Of a stretch of DNA of 64,000 bases, positions 21,801 to 32,300 are shown piece by piece. Both the position numbers and the translations under genes were made by a program. This DNA is from a virus (Duplodnaviria; Caudoviricetes). Numbering within the stretch: the first letter of the stretch is position 1; each line of letters starts with the position of its first letter. The DNA is taken from IMG/VR virus record IMGVR_UViG_3300009370_000001; one strand, given 5' to 3'. The notes under the pieces were generated by a model. The model had not been told where the DNA came from. It saw only the letters and a list, made by a program, of their open reading frames with translations, and made no database searches.

Positions 21801-22551
21801 CCATGGCTTAGAATTATCTTATGCAGTAGATACCACTTACTACACTATAACAAATGTAGAAATAGACGCTTTAGATGTATCGATTGCAGATTTCACTATT
21901 GCAGAGCCCGACAGTAAGCTTTTGTTGTGCTTGATCAATAAACTAATAGAAGATGAAAAATTTAGAATGCTGACTGAATATATATTTCCTGTCAACAAGT
22001 TCACTGCGCTAACCGCCGTCTATAACGATATGGCACTTTTTCTCTCTATCGGACAAAACATCTATGAAGAACCGGACAATCCCGAGGCAGAAAGCACCGG
22101 CACCTACGCAGCCGGTTTCGACACCAAACCAGGACTTAGATTTGATTCTGAGGGGTATGCTTTGGAAATAGAAGGTTTGGGAGAAGAAGAACCCCTTCCT
22201 GACCCAAACGGATTTGTAGGTGGAAATGACGGATGGGCAGATTATAAAAAGAGAAAGCGATGGAATTGGCTCCCAAGTCGAGTTGAGTGGGATCAGTGGG
22301 ATCAAATAATCTTAAGAAAGTCCAAGAAAACTATTAAAAATATGTTTAAGACTTACTACTATGCGAGAGACTTTAAAGCAGGAGACCCGCTTCTAGATGA
22401 AAGCCCCTCTGAGACATCTAAGAGGCTTTTGAAGAATTATTTTGTGCCTGAACCTTATGGAAAACAGCTTGTCGGTGTCGGCAAGCGTAAAAAACTTGTA
22501 CCCAACCCATTTGGAAAGTCAGACAAAGAGTGTCGGAAAACCGACGAGTAA
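15853..22551 (+). CDS. Very large virion structural protein (2232 aa), function unknown
   Basis: Long intact ORF between the spike-like gene and gp25; acidic; N-terminal DKNGDQLID Ca-binding-like loop and Cys pairs. Confidence 0.55.
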   Translation: MAQSEFLKLQDKNGDQLIDECGDQPIVPEEPPCPDCKKDPYATTPNWKTRSDDEPWLNKKLCAYQVTITTSYTTAAASSSDSDSAANVYINKRFKEYADTAIESLIVNFNKKLDADSKKTVKESLEYTRFDLNVRAKSRLILLYSVPSYVIDALEEEDNSEDPEDPEEEFTGATVTYEPADSMSLKMLRIRKALHLYRRYYAVHRYQKGGTIVLDGTKIYNIEDYGDNGAWGDSLTSKILPGIDAFLNSKGLDIPKSSSGTRGGGFFKKKISKLNIKFNADYKIIRIEAFVGDCKEPQIFKGKKLKSLNKKGSVFLDKTAMAYFAQMDEMHRALVAREPMPWIEFILKFTKPLPEEMFNYRADENEDDPRALTCVADRLKEDAKQIGMDILDESFSIGDAIAYQFNKNVCKEDLDEVAEEEEELGLRPGFRARRKRFTNAVNTVQDPNNPENSQTMAAFAKEQAYKELQKDQLSFELLCAQMAGLAESGTISVQDMFATTFDRMKLCGFQVLLLDTMKCLMSGMTLDKALSALVQSALSAMSLENFGILFIGLPPDKQARLEELVKRNLASGKAFEEAAIPRHGLGDTSLTPEEEEEKARKERVAEAMADERAGASGGGGGTLGTAADIKARENSAIKNLVLRPWESAQAVAHDRKQRRNSPEDDQAEKRTLAQQFDLQNAKQELDTTRVMEAYIAALIEEYSDDLLFVIDMLNEFPGAPLIAGIIGSFDCPTSPVFEPTAMDFIKSVDLPFCRSPKDIQVPVLKNPFGWYPAKADFADALFEAVKVALQKALIKIMMEIMVKTCQIFGRAACKGLEVVGDLAMEKAAGGNTAFSDLVKDTICGPDADDEQVADTIQDIMTSLGPGAAALANTEEATNFTEDVASSTTQSEMTNALLGDCSESFLAIVDTIIEFDYPQYREGLPNREAICRFFTNVGNLAPPKVKQDMKDFADQLPENELVPANPSLCITDEQQQEFCELRQELLEGRATPEQIRRMCEDDQEDDASDLAELGAAAQGAPPALPSIVSQPGCDDGLIPFESEEAVSATTKTIANGLEQLKVQYVKDMLGHGGFGIFNSSDDWGMMNLLLSDTRGNALTVHNTKANRGIGPVMDYITNEKFTAADFFTLGFSMFVKPMPTIYQHSALPTKVASWMQDTLPDGWGNFESTNDWGPSSAEYYSFNELGFWGFFGQDVDLTELRTGYNTELIPHFGSTLSLGGAEVPPADSVEVLRLGRKATPDLSLAFQDNAKGETKQDNPSWEYGFDIGLYLSDLYEPSTLKYSALELQAGPRTRISTGPTIGAAPEASLQQFDKIVNVPNNNCRVVISDWENKNPPANIPIAAALMGPTALAAAAIATAAQNMLDDKPTIETKYEFFAVDDTLDNIKFSSYPKLLAAFQYQSDYPPQLILLQELIEQANDGTVITIETLKADYDQDNANIAAEVREMLEYNEDAFKFGASFETLSQSDFDYLDPDTGEEYNFDNDEKVLGVSRNQWNNEQNGTPEDTRVFYLDPNRKGYKGTYNNPPLYIKPLKNKGWMGFIDAIFPNFSECKNANTDFVDFGLIKERVQDTYDKIPEDMRMKQSAECAIELPYHRILERAAKSGIEALISATLQIFISTHFVKCMPMFSYLKPSFPQNYSNLYISYMVEALETALKDAQGPFAEAFNTFKDNEFWYAFLEQSVQLYGRLVDAGTIVDVPANIQGATTQLNNMQSVYEYPTKEDLVQAIKLGDEPWYQIFNLPGYRSEKNLEAVQATEDVAKLILGELFKREIEELSSKYADNLEMIGSPVVYEKLPYWFVSEACYTGGAGLNLKGKIIEDISDTDLETRTAPFYTNGGELYVDALKDPESTFKTGEDYVGYYHTHTDENGEKVFMMGKEHLLSPHDILAPYVNKVKMIDGDGNRIGDIADYGSIVSRVTLPFKIEKYISIDGRKLPPSAAVTEIKQNDDTTNLSEHYPGTLEIIYRDDEQKIPAGLKGHLGVRHGLELSYAVDTTYYTITNVEIDALDVSIADFTIAEPDSKLLLCLINKLIEDEKFRMLTEYIFPVNKFTALTAVYNDMALFLSIGQNIYEEPDNPEAESTGTYAAGFDTKPGLRFDSEGYALEIEGLGEEEPLPDPNGFVGGNDGWADYKKRKRWNWLPSRVEWDQWDQIILRKSKKTIKNMFKTYYYARDFKAGDPLLDESPSETSKRLLKNYFVPEPYGKQLVGVGKRKKLVPNPFGKSDKECRKTDE

Positions 22552-22574
22552 GTACTTATGTATGGATATAAAGA

Positions 22575-22943
22575 ATGTCATCACTTAGTGTAAAACTGCC
22601 ATTAACCAAAGATTCAGGTAACGGGTTTACCATGAATAAAAGCATCGTTGGGATGATTAAGCAAAATTTTAAAATGCTTTTGCTCACAGTCCCAGGCGAA
22701 AGAGTAATGGAACCCAACTTCGGTGTAGGTCTAAAGACGTTTTTGTTCTCTAATTACTATGAAGGCTTGGAAAGTCAGATATCTCAGAGAATTAGAGAAC
22801 AAGTAGCAACCTACATACCGACCATAACAGTAAAAAACATTCAGTTTTTAAAAAGCAATATTGATGTCAACACTTTAGGAATTAGAATTACGTATGAAAT
22901 ACCAGCTATCGGACTTCAAGATTTACTTGAATTCACTATTTAA
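22575..22943 (+). CDS. Baseplate wedge protein, gp25/GPW-like
   Basis: LLLTVPGERVMEPNFGVGLKTFLF is a typical gp25 signature; 122 aa. Confidence 0.9.
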   Translation: MSSLSVKLPLTKDSGNGFTMNKSIVGMIKQNFKMLLLTVPGERVMEPNFGVGLKTFLFSNYYEGLESQISQRIREQVATYIPTITVKNIQFLKSNIDVNTLGIRITYEIPAIGLQDLLEFTI

Positions 22944-22958
22944 TTTGAGGTTTTTTTA

Positions 22959-24755
22959 ATGGCAGACGATCAGAAAAAGATTTTACCTATCGACTATACC
23001 CATAGGGAGTTCCATACAATCCGGAATGACTTGATGGAAATTGCCGAAAGGTTTTATCCGGATACTTTCCAAGATTTTAGCGAGGCCTCTTTTGGTAGTA
23101 TAATGTTGGATGCGGTAGCTTATGTGGGCGACCAGCTTTCACTCTATTTAGACTATAATGTCAACGAATCCTTTTTAGACACCGCTTACCAGCGCTCTAA
23201 CATTCTGCGCCACGGCCGCGTGCTTGGTTATAAAGACCCCGGACGCCCATCGACTTATGGACAAGTGGCATTATTTATAATGGTACCGGCATCATCTACC
23301 GGTATCGGCCCTGATAGACGCTATATTCCTATTTTGAAACGAGGAAGTAAATTTACTTCCCAGACCGGTCTAAGCTTCGTTTTATTAGAAAATGTAGACT
23401 TTGCCGATCCTAAAAATCCTATGGTAGTGGCACAAAGTGATGCTTCTACAAATGCTCCCACTCAATATGCAATTAAGGCTTATGGAAATGTGGTATCAGG
23501 CCAGTTTGCACAAAAGCAACTTTCAATTGGTCCTTACCAAAGATTTTTGAAGAGAAAGGTCGGCGCCGATAATATATCTGAGATTATCTCAGTAACTGAT
23601 TCAGAAGGAAATGAATATTTTGAGGTAGACTATTTGGCTCAAGATATTGTTTTTAAAGAAGTTGCAAATGATAATTTCAAAAACGATAATGTTCCTTCTG
23701 TGTTGAAGCCACTGTTAGTCTCTAGAAAATTTGTTGTTGAAACCGATAGGAGCACTACCTCCATACAGTTTGGAAGCGGTAAGGCCGGCCAAACTGATAT
23801 TGTTGCTGCGCCGCAAGAAGTAGCGCTTGAGGTGTTCGGTAAAGATTATATTTCGACCACCACATTCGATCCTTCACGCCTCTCTAATAGCGACAGTTTT
23901 GGAATAGTACCCTCTAATACTACATTAACAGTTGTATATCGAGTTACCAACCCTACTAATTCAAATGTTGCCGTGGGCGGAATCAATACTGTCTCGAATG
24001 CCTTATTGTCCTTTGAAAATCGCCCGTCGTTAGCTACGACTACAGTAAACCAAATTCAGGTCTCACTAGAGGTGCTCAATGAGACTCCTATCGTGGGAGA
24101 TGTTACTAATCCCTCTAGTGGCGAGCTAAAGCGCAGGATTTTTGACACGTTTCCTACACAAAATAGAGCTGTTACCCAATCGGATTATGAAAATCTTGTC
24201 TATCGAATGCCTTCTAAGTTTGGCTCTGTGAAGAGGGTTTCGGTTCAAAAAGATCCAGACTCTCTTAAGCGAAATCTTAATTTGTATGTGATTTCGGAAG
24301 ATTCATATGGAAAGCTTATTGCTACTAATATGGTTATCAAGAACAACATAAAAACATGGCTTAATCAATATAGAATGATCAACGATACTGTTGATATTTT
24401 AGATCCCTATATAGTTAATCTCGGGATTGATTTTGTTGTAAAAACTCAAGCCGGCTCTGATAAATTTGATGTATTAAACCGGTGTATAAACACACTCGCG
24501 GGCAAATATGGGGAAGGCTTTTTTATTGGCGAACCCTTTTATATTAGTGAAATATATGAAACACTCAAGCAGGTAAAAGGGGTGCTGGATGTGATAAAAG
24601 TTAAATTAACTAATAAAGTGGGCGGAAGTTACGCCGATACGATTTTGGAGATTAATGATAACCTTTCTCCGGACGGCTCTTATTTACTTGTTCCCAATAA
24701 TGTAATTTTGGAAATAAAATTTCCCACCCAAGATATCCGAGGAAAAACTAGATAA
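22959..24755 (+). CDS. Baseplate wedge protein, T4 gp6/baseplate-J-like
   Basis: IDYTHREFHTIRNDL...DFSEASFG...LDAVAYVGDQLSLY...NESFLDTA and RAVTQSDYE; follows gp25. Confidence 0.88.
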   Translation: MADDQKKILPIDYTHREFHTIRNDLMEIAERFYPDTFQDFSEASFGSIMLDAVAYVGDQLSLYLDYNVNESFLDTAYQRSNILRHGRVLGYKDPGRPSTYGQVALFIMVPASSTGIGPDRRYIPILKRGSKFTSQTGLSFVLLENVDFADPKNPMVVAQSDASTNAPTQYAIKAYGNVVSGQFAQKQLSIGPYQRFLKRKVGADNISEIISVTDSEGNEYFEVDYLAQDIVFKEVANDNFKNDNVPSVLKPLLVSRKFVVETDRSTTSIQFGSGKAGQTDIVAAPQEVALEVFGKDYISTTTFDPSRLSNSDSFGIVPSNTTLTVVYRVTNPTNSNVAVGGINTVSNALLSFENRPSLATTTVNQIQVSLEVLNETPIVGDVTNPSSGELKRRIFDTFPTQNRAVTQSDYENLVYRMPSKFGSVKRVSVQKDPDSLKRNLNLYVISEDSYGKLIATNMVIKNNIKTWLNQYRMINDTVDILDPYIVNLGIDFVVKTQAGSDKFDVLNRCINTLAGKYGEGFFIGEPFYISEIYETLKQVKGVLDVIKVKLTNKVGGSYADTILEINDNLSPDGSYLLVPNNVILEIKFPTQDIRGKTR

Positions 24756-26302
24756 TGGGAATTAAAAGATATACAGCGAATGCCGATACTACGATTGTTA
24801 ACGCATTTAAGCCTAGCTTAGAAATTCGAGGTACCGGCTCTAATATGGGCGAAGCTGATGTTATGGAGATTTTCTCTATTTATGGGCGCCAATCAGTCTC
24901 ATCTTCGAATTCAACAGGCTCACAAGAACTTTCACGAATTTTGGTTAAATTCCCGATGGATGGAATTACAACTGATCGTAGTAACGGTGTTGTACCAGCT
25001 AGCGGAAGTGTAAGTTTCTATTTGAGATTGTTTAATGCCAAGACATCTAAGACAGTCCCACGCGAATTTACTTTGGTTGCGCGCCCAGTTTCAGGTACAT
25101 CGTGGCAGGAAGGCATTGGCCTTGATTTAGAAGGCTACAAAGATGAGGTTAAAGGCAACACCGGCGCCAACTGGATTTCTTCTTCAAAGGGCAAGCCTTG
25201 GGGGCTAGTCGGTGGTGATTATTATACTGGCTCTGGAGACACTTATACACAAAAATTTGGCACCGGGTTAGGAGATTTAGAAATTGATATTACTCAATTA
25301 GTAGAGCAGTGGATCAACGGGGATTATGCCAACTATGGAGTGGGCGTCCACCTCACAGCTAGCCAAGAAGCTTATTTTTCTGGATCCACTGCCGGCGCCG
25401 TTGGAATGGCCAGCGGAAATGTTCTTGCGTTACCAGACGGTGCGACGGAATCTTATTATACTAAGAGATTTTTTGCGCGCGGCACACAATTTTTCTTTAA
25501 AAAGCCTGTAATTGAAGCACGTTGGAATTCTGCGCGCAAAGATGGCCGCGGCGACTTCATGTATAGTAGCTCTTTGGCTCCAGCCGCAGATAACCTTAAT
25601 ACACTTTATTTGTATAACTATGTCCGCGGACAACTAACCGATATACCTTCAGTAAGCACTGGCGCGATTTACGTAAAGCTTTATTCAGGCTCAGCGGCCC
25701 CTACAGGAAGCAGTCTACTTCTCCACGATTCAAAATATAATGTAACAGGCGGACATGTCACTACCGGCATTTATTCGGCTTCGTTATGTTTGACCGCTGG
25801 AGCAAGTCCCCTCAAGAATGTTTTTGATGTGTGGCACGATGATGGTGTGGTTGAATTTTTTAGTGGCTCGATTAAACCAAAATTATTATTAGCTAACCAA
25901 ACAGTAGAAACTCCTGTTTATTTTATGAAGATAACAAATCTACAAGACAAATATAGAGAAAACCAATCAGCCCGCATGCGTTTGTTTGTGAGAAATAAAT
26001 TCTGGAGCCCCACTATTTATACTAAAGCAACGCAAGGCGTCGAAAGTTCTACGATTCAAAGCGCTTCTTACGAAGTTTATAGAATCTTAGATGGCTTTAC
26101 CGCTATTCCCTACGGTACTGGCAGCGATCTTCACACAATGTTATCGTATGACGTTTCCGGCAATTATTTTGATTTTGATATGAGTTTGCTAGAGCCAGGA
26201 TATGCTTATGGGTTTAAATTTTCATTTTACGACCCTGCACTAAGCACTTGGCTTGAACAGCCATATGTGTTTAAATTTAGAGTAGAGGATTATGAGTATT
26301 AA
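24755..26302 (+). CDS. Baseplate/tail structural protein
   Basis: Coupled to the gp6-like gene; beta-rich Ser/Gly/Thr composition; C-terminal LEPGYAY Ig/FN3-like motif. Confidence 0.55.
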   Translation: MGIKRYTANADTTIVNAFKPSLEIRGTGSNMGEADVMEIFSIYGRQSVSSSNSTGSQELSRILVKFPMDGITTDRSNGVVPASGSVSFYLRLFNAKTSKTVPREFTLVARPVSGTSWQEGIGLDLEGYKDEVKGNTGANWISSSKGKPWGLVGGDYYTGSGDTYTQKFGTGLGDLEIDITQLVEQWINGDYANYGVGVHLTASQEAYFSGSTAGAVGMASGNVLALPDGATESYYTKRFFARGTQFFFKKPVIEARWNSARKDGRGDFMYSSSLAPAADNLNTLYLYNYVRGQLTDIPSVSTGAIYVKLYSGSAAPTGSSLLLHDSKYNVTGGHVTTGIYSASLCLTAGASPLKNVFDVWHDDGVVEFFSGSIKPKLLLANQTVETPVYFMKITNLQDKYRENQSARMRLFVRNKFWSPTIYTKATQGVESSTIQSASYEVYRILDGFTAIPYGTGSDLHTMLSYDVSGNYFDFDMSLLEPGYAYGFKFSFYDPALSTWLEQPYVFKFRVEDYEY

Positions 26303-29300
26303 AAAACTTTTTGGCTCTGTGGAAGATGGCAGAAATTACCTTTCCGATACAGACCAGAAAGAAGCATTCAAAGATGTAGAATCGGAACGCAATTTAGAAC
26401 AGCTTAAAGAAAAGCAATCTAATTTCGTTCCGCAAGTCGATTATTCTGATCCTAGGTTCTTTGCTCGCTTTGGATCTGCCTACTACTATTATAAAGGCGC
26501 GATGGAGCGCATTACGGATTATTATCCTTATGATGGTTCGGATGCCGAAATCAATGGCTTCTACAATAAGCTTTTAGATGTAGAAAAATACATTTTCAAC
26601 AACTTGTATCCACGCACGAACGGATATGTTGAGTTAGGCGAGGCCACAACTACGTCACTTAGCAAGCTTAGCGGCGGATATGCCACTCCCACTACCAAAG
26701 AATATATCACTCTCAAGGGCGGCCCGAACGCCATCGACTCCGCTGGTTCATTAGTTAAAGCTAGCAACAATCCATACTCAGACAAGTTTCAATATTCAAA
26801 TGTATACGACACTAGCATTTATACCACAGCGGGACTTCCTTCCGATTATGGTGTAGGAACACGCCAATCAAATCTTCAATGTAATTTTGATACTGGTGTG
26901 TCTATCGAATTTTGGTTAAAGAAACCCACTTTTGGAACGTGTCCCGAAACTGTCTTTGATTTATGGACAAGCGGCTCACAGAGCGGCTCAGTAGATTATG
27001 GGAGAATCACCGTCGAGCTTACAGGCGCCTCTGGCGTCAGTCCTTTCTTGCTGACGGTGCAGTCAGGAAGTGCAGTATCCATCGAACCCGGAATGACGGC
27101 GGCAGGTATTTTTCAGCAATCGATTGGCTCTGGTATAACAGCCGCCTCACTCGATACCTGGACTCATGTGGCGCTGGTGATGTACAATACTGGTTCTGAT
27201 TTCGCTTCAAAATTATATATTAACGGCGGACTAAACGACACCTATGTAACTGGATCTACGACTATAAATCAACTTAAGCAAAAAGATACTTTTGCGCGCA
27301 TCGGTGCATTATTGACCGCTCCATCTGGCGCTGCAGCCACCGCCGACAGCGCCGTTGCTGATTACGATGGGATTAATAAACTTAGTGCCTCGATGGATGA
27401 GTTCCGATTTTGGAAAGAAAAGCGCTCCGGAGAAGACATTGGGCGCTATTGGTTTTCCCAGGTAAGGGGCGGTACAAACACAGATATTTCTAACACGACC
27501 CTTGGTGTCTATTACAAATTTAACGAGGGCATAACGGAAACCAGCAGTGTTGATAGCAATGTTTTGGACTATGCCGGCCGTATCACCAATGGCGTATGGA
27601 CGGGCTATGGAACCAACTCTCGAAGTACCGGCTCTGCTATGATAGAGTCCAGTGCTTCCGCACAAGAATATAAAGATCCTATTATATATTCCTCACACTC
27701 CTCAGTATCTAATTTGAAGTCTGAATTGCTGGCTACTGGATCATATCATGATGCACAAAATAATTCAATGTTTCGAAATTATGCCCCATCTTGGATTATC
27801 GAAGAAGCAGAGCAATTGGGCAACAATAATCTAGATGTTGTCTCACACATTGTAGGCACTTATTTTGATAGAGTTCACCTGCTTTCACAACAGGTGCCCA
27901 AGTTGAGAGGTATAAATTATACTAGTGCTTCTTCTGAACCAGTTCCATTCGCCCAACACTTACCACAATCATTAGGTCTTTATACTCCCGAAATCTTTAT
28001 CGACGCAAATGTGATGGAGAGATTCTTAAATAGAAACAATGACATGTTGTTTGAAAATGATTTAGATGAAACCAAAAATCTGATCTACCTTAATCTTTAT
28101 AATAATCTAGCTAATATTTTTAAATCGAAAGGCACCGAAAGATCTTTGCGAAATGTTCTTCGATGTTTTAACATTGACGAACAGATTGTTAAAATAAATA
28201 CTTATGCTAAAAATACAACCTTCCCGCTCAGCAACAATTATGAACAAGTAATAGAAAAAGTTTCTTATGCTAATTTCGACAAGAAAGAAAATCGAACTGC
28301 GGTAATTTATCAACGTGCTGATAGTACAAATCCGAATAGCCGAGGTTATATACCGACTGGATCTAAACCCGGTAGCGAAGGAGGAACTGAATACGCCAAC
28401 TACGAAATGCAATATGGTTGTACAATCGAAGGACAGATAATGTTCCCGCATTGGAGTGTAGACTATTCCGACAACCAACGCGATTATACCACCGTCTCTC
28501 TTTTTGGAGGGATTACTCCTTACACCTCGTCGGCCGATGGTCTTACTGGGGCTGACACAAGTGCCAACTATCCGGATTATACCAATTTTCAAGTTCAAGC
28601 CATCAAGACCGGTCCAAATTCTAAAGATGTATACTTTAAACTAACATCTTCTGCTCCTGCTTACGGTGTCCCCGAGCAATTTCCCACATTAACCAGTAGT
28701 GTTTTCTCGAATGTGTATGATAACACTACCTGGAATCTTTCGGTACGAGTTAAGCCCAAGCTTGATGGACCTATTACTACTGTCTCAGGCGCTTCAGTAA
28801 CCCAATATGACGTAATATTTGAAGGAATTAATATTGATTTAGGGACTATCGAAAACAGCTTTACTGTGGGAGGTGTCGTTAGCGCTGCGACAGGCAGCGC
28901 TTCTGACTTCTTGACGCGCCCAAAGCGACTCTATGTTGGTGCCCAGCGAACTAATCTTACTGGCCCCGTAGTACACAAATCAGATGTTCTTGTTGGTTCG
29001 CTGCGCTATTGGGCCAAAGCCCTGAATACCGGCAGCTTGAGCCAGCATGCGCACGATATTGATAACTATGGAATTTCAGGTTCTTATCAAAGTGTGGCGG
29101 CTATTGACACTGCCAACAAGAGTGCCGATGTTTTAAACCTCAACACACTAGCTTTAAATTGGGCTTTTAATCAATTAAGTTCTTCCAACTCTACGGGCGT
29201 CTTTGTGGTGCCTGATATAAGCTCTGGCTCAACATCGTTGGCTACGGATTATGGGCCCATGGGTACTATCACTGGCTATCAGCATAACGGTTATGGATAC

Positions 29301-32300
29301 GATTTTCCGAATAGCAGTACCGATGCAATTGAGAAGAGACTCACCAATACGTTTAAATTTATTTCGCCCGAAAGAGCGACGTCCGCCGACGCAATTCAAA
29401 TTTTATCTGAAGACGACAAGGTCTTTGGGATTACAGAGACAGTACCAAATTATGTCTATACTGTTGAAAAAAGCATGTATCGCGCGGTTTCTGAAGAGAT
29501 GCTTGATTTCTTTGCAGGAGTTGTGGACTTTAATAATGTTATAGGCGCTCCAGTTAATCGTTATCGCGGCCGTTATAAATCATTAGAAAAACTGCGAGAG
29601 ATCTTTTTCCGCAAAGTAACAAAAACAAGCCAAGTTGAGAAGTTTGTTGAATATTATAAATGGTTCGACGACGCCATTGGGCACATCATGGCTCAAATGG
29701 TTCCGGCCTCATCCGATTTTGTTGCGGATGTTTATAATACAGTTGAGAGCCATGTCCTTGAGCGTAATAAATATCAAACCAAGTATCCAAGCTTGGAGAC
29801 CAAACAAAACCATCCCGAAGCTCAAATGGAGGGTGTTGGCGGCCTAGGAATTACTTACAAAAACTATTCTAGCCCAGTGCCAGCCTCTCCTCGTAATACC
29901 AATCAAAATATACAGTATTGGCTTAAAAAAGCAAAACGCTCTGAACCAGAAATTACCTCGGGTAATCCCACAATTGATACGCAAAGAGAAAATATGCGTC
30001 AAATTATTAATACTGCGCCCCGAGCATCGACAAAGCCCGGCGAATTAATGACTTCCGGCATCGCCGGATCCGGAACGAAGTATTTTCAGGATTTCTATCC
30101 TCAAAGAAATTATCAAAAGCTTTATAAATTAAAATCTTATGATGCCGATGCTTCCATTCACGGAGGGGTAAACTTCAGCAAAGATCAAAATATTCAGTAT
30201 ACCTATAACTCTCTATATCCTTTTGGTCCTGTTAGTACCGAAGAGAACCGATTTATTCCTTTGAACGTTCTTGTTGGATTAACCTCTGATCTGGTATCCA
30301 TACAAGATTTTGAAGATGATCGAGAGTTACGCAGAAAAGTAAAAAGAGTTTTCAAAGTGCAGTCTGCACGGCGGTGGTATCAAGATGAGGGATATAGTGA
30401 TGTAAAATCCTCTATGGCCTTCCCTTTTAATATAATGAGTTCATCCCTAAACTCTGGATATAACAAAGAAGTACAAACAAAAGTTGGCGCCAACATTGAA
30501 ATTACAAACTTGCACAATGATACTTACGGCCAAGCGATGGGCACCCCCATGCAAGGGCCCTTTACCGAAAAATACGTAGGAGGACACCAATCACGTCACA
30601 TCACTTATAATTCAGGCGCAACAGATACCTACCTCACACGTCCTGAAGCCTGGAAGCTTTTATTGGGACAGTGCGCAGATCAAGGCTCCGGCGCCATTGG
30701 CATGGCTTCTCCTACCTATCCTTATCCTGATATTGGAGCCCCCCCAAGTTCTGCTTATGGTCGTATTGATTTTACTTCTAATCCGATTACTGATAATTCT
30801 GTGACAATAAGCGATGGAGACACTAGTCTTACATTTACAATTCCCTTTATGAATACATACGCTACTCATCACGCGGATCAGGTCAGAAGCTATATTGTTA
30901 TCGGCGGAGACAATTCCTCTAGCTACGGCAATCCGACTTTAGCAGAACCTCAATATTTTGATATTGACGCAGGAACTTATTCATGTTGGATATCGGGAAG
31001 CATCCCTATGACTGGCAACGGAAACCTTATTATCATGGGTGTGAACCACGCCACTTTTAATTTTAGCCTGATTGATGATGGGTCAACTCCCCCAGGATCC
31101 TCCCCGGCATCTAAATTGAGACTTACACAACAGTGGCTCAACGGCGCATCCGCGGGCTCTACAGTGAATTCTTATTGGACTACTGACAACAAAGAAGTGC
31201 CTTTAGGGCAGTGGAATCACGTGGCGGTTACATGGGATGCTACTACAACCGGCAGTACCGAGCCCGTATTTTTTGTAAATGGAGTGCAGGTCGATTCTTC
31301 GCGCGATGGAAGTGCCGTGCCGACAGCCGCTGGATCTACTTTAAGACTTGCATTGAAAGCCCGCAGCGGTCTTCCTTCTGGAAATCCGAAAGTTACATGT
31401 TTAATAGGTGGTTATAATGCATCAAATGCAATTAGTGGCGCCATGGATGAGGTCTCCATATGGCAATTAAGCATGAGTGCCGATCAAATTAGTGAATTAT
31501 ATGCTACGGGAAGTGTAACTGATCTGATGCAACATTCTGTATATACGAGCAACAATTCCAATCTTAGAGCATGGTATCGAATGGGCGACGATCCCAATGA
31601 TGCTATTGATGGCACAGGAGTTTATGACCTGGGAACCAACTCTATAGTCGACCAAACCGGCAGATATAACGGCACTCCTGGCGAAGACATGACCGTAGAT
31701 TTTGCCACAAATGTTATAACAAGCTCGGCAACAGGAGATAATATAGCCTGGACACGCGGAGGCAACACTAATGCTACTGCCGTTAATTTGACTACAGCTA
31801 TCAATGCTCAAAGCTTTAATATAGTAGCTAGTAACCCCGAAGGTGACGCAGAAACTATTACGGTATCTAACACTAAATATGGAGTTCCGACCTCCACTAA
31901 AAAAGAGGCCCGCGGAAGTCTTGGAAACGTAAGCCTATCAAGAGTCGGCTCTCGTATCAGCGTAGAAGGCATGCAAGGCGGAAGCGATCCACAAATTATA
32001 AACTTTAATGCTCCTCGCGCAACTTATTATCGTGAAGAATTAGCTAAAAGACCAGTTAACATTCGCAACATTCAAATGACCACTGGGTCCACTATTATTG
32101 GAAATTACCAAAACAACTATGAAGTTGTTAGCACGGTTGGAGCTTTCGCTAATCCGCGAGATTTCATCGAAAATCAGCCCACGCTGCCTTCTGTGATTAC
32201 TACTAAAACCAACTTGAATCGCGGCGGAGCCAATCGTTTTACGGGAAGAACTGGGCAAGCAGTATTAAACTATTTAACGCTTGATCGAGCATCTGGTAGT

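Noticed and set aside
15853-22551. Calling the 2232-aa protein a tape measure
   Set aside because: It is acidic and Cys-containing without typical periodic Ala/Gly-rich repeats, and no tube or chaperone context is evident.
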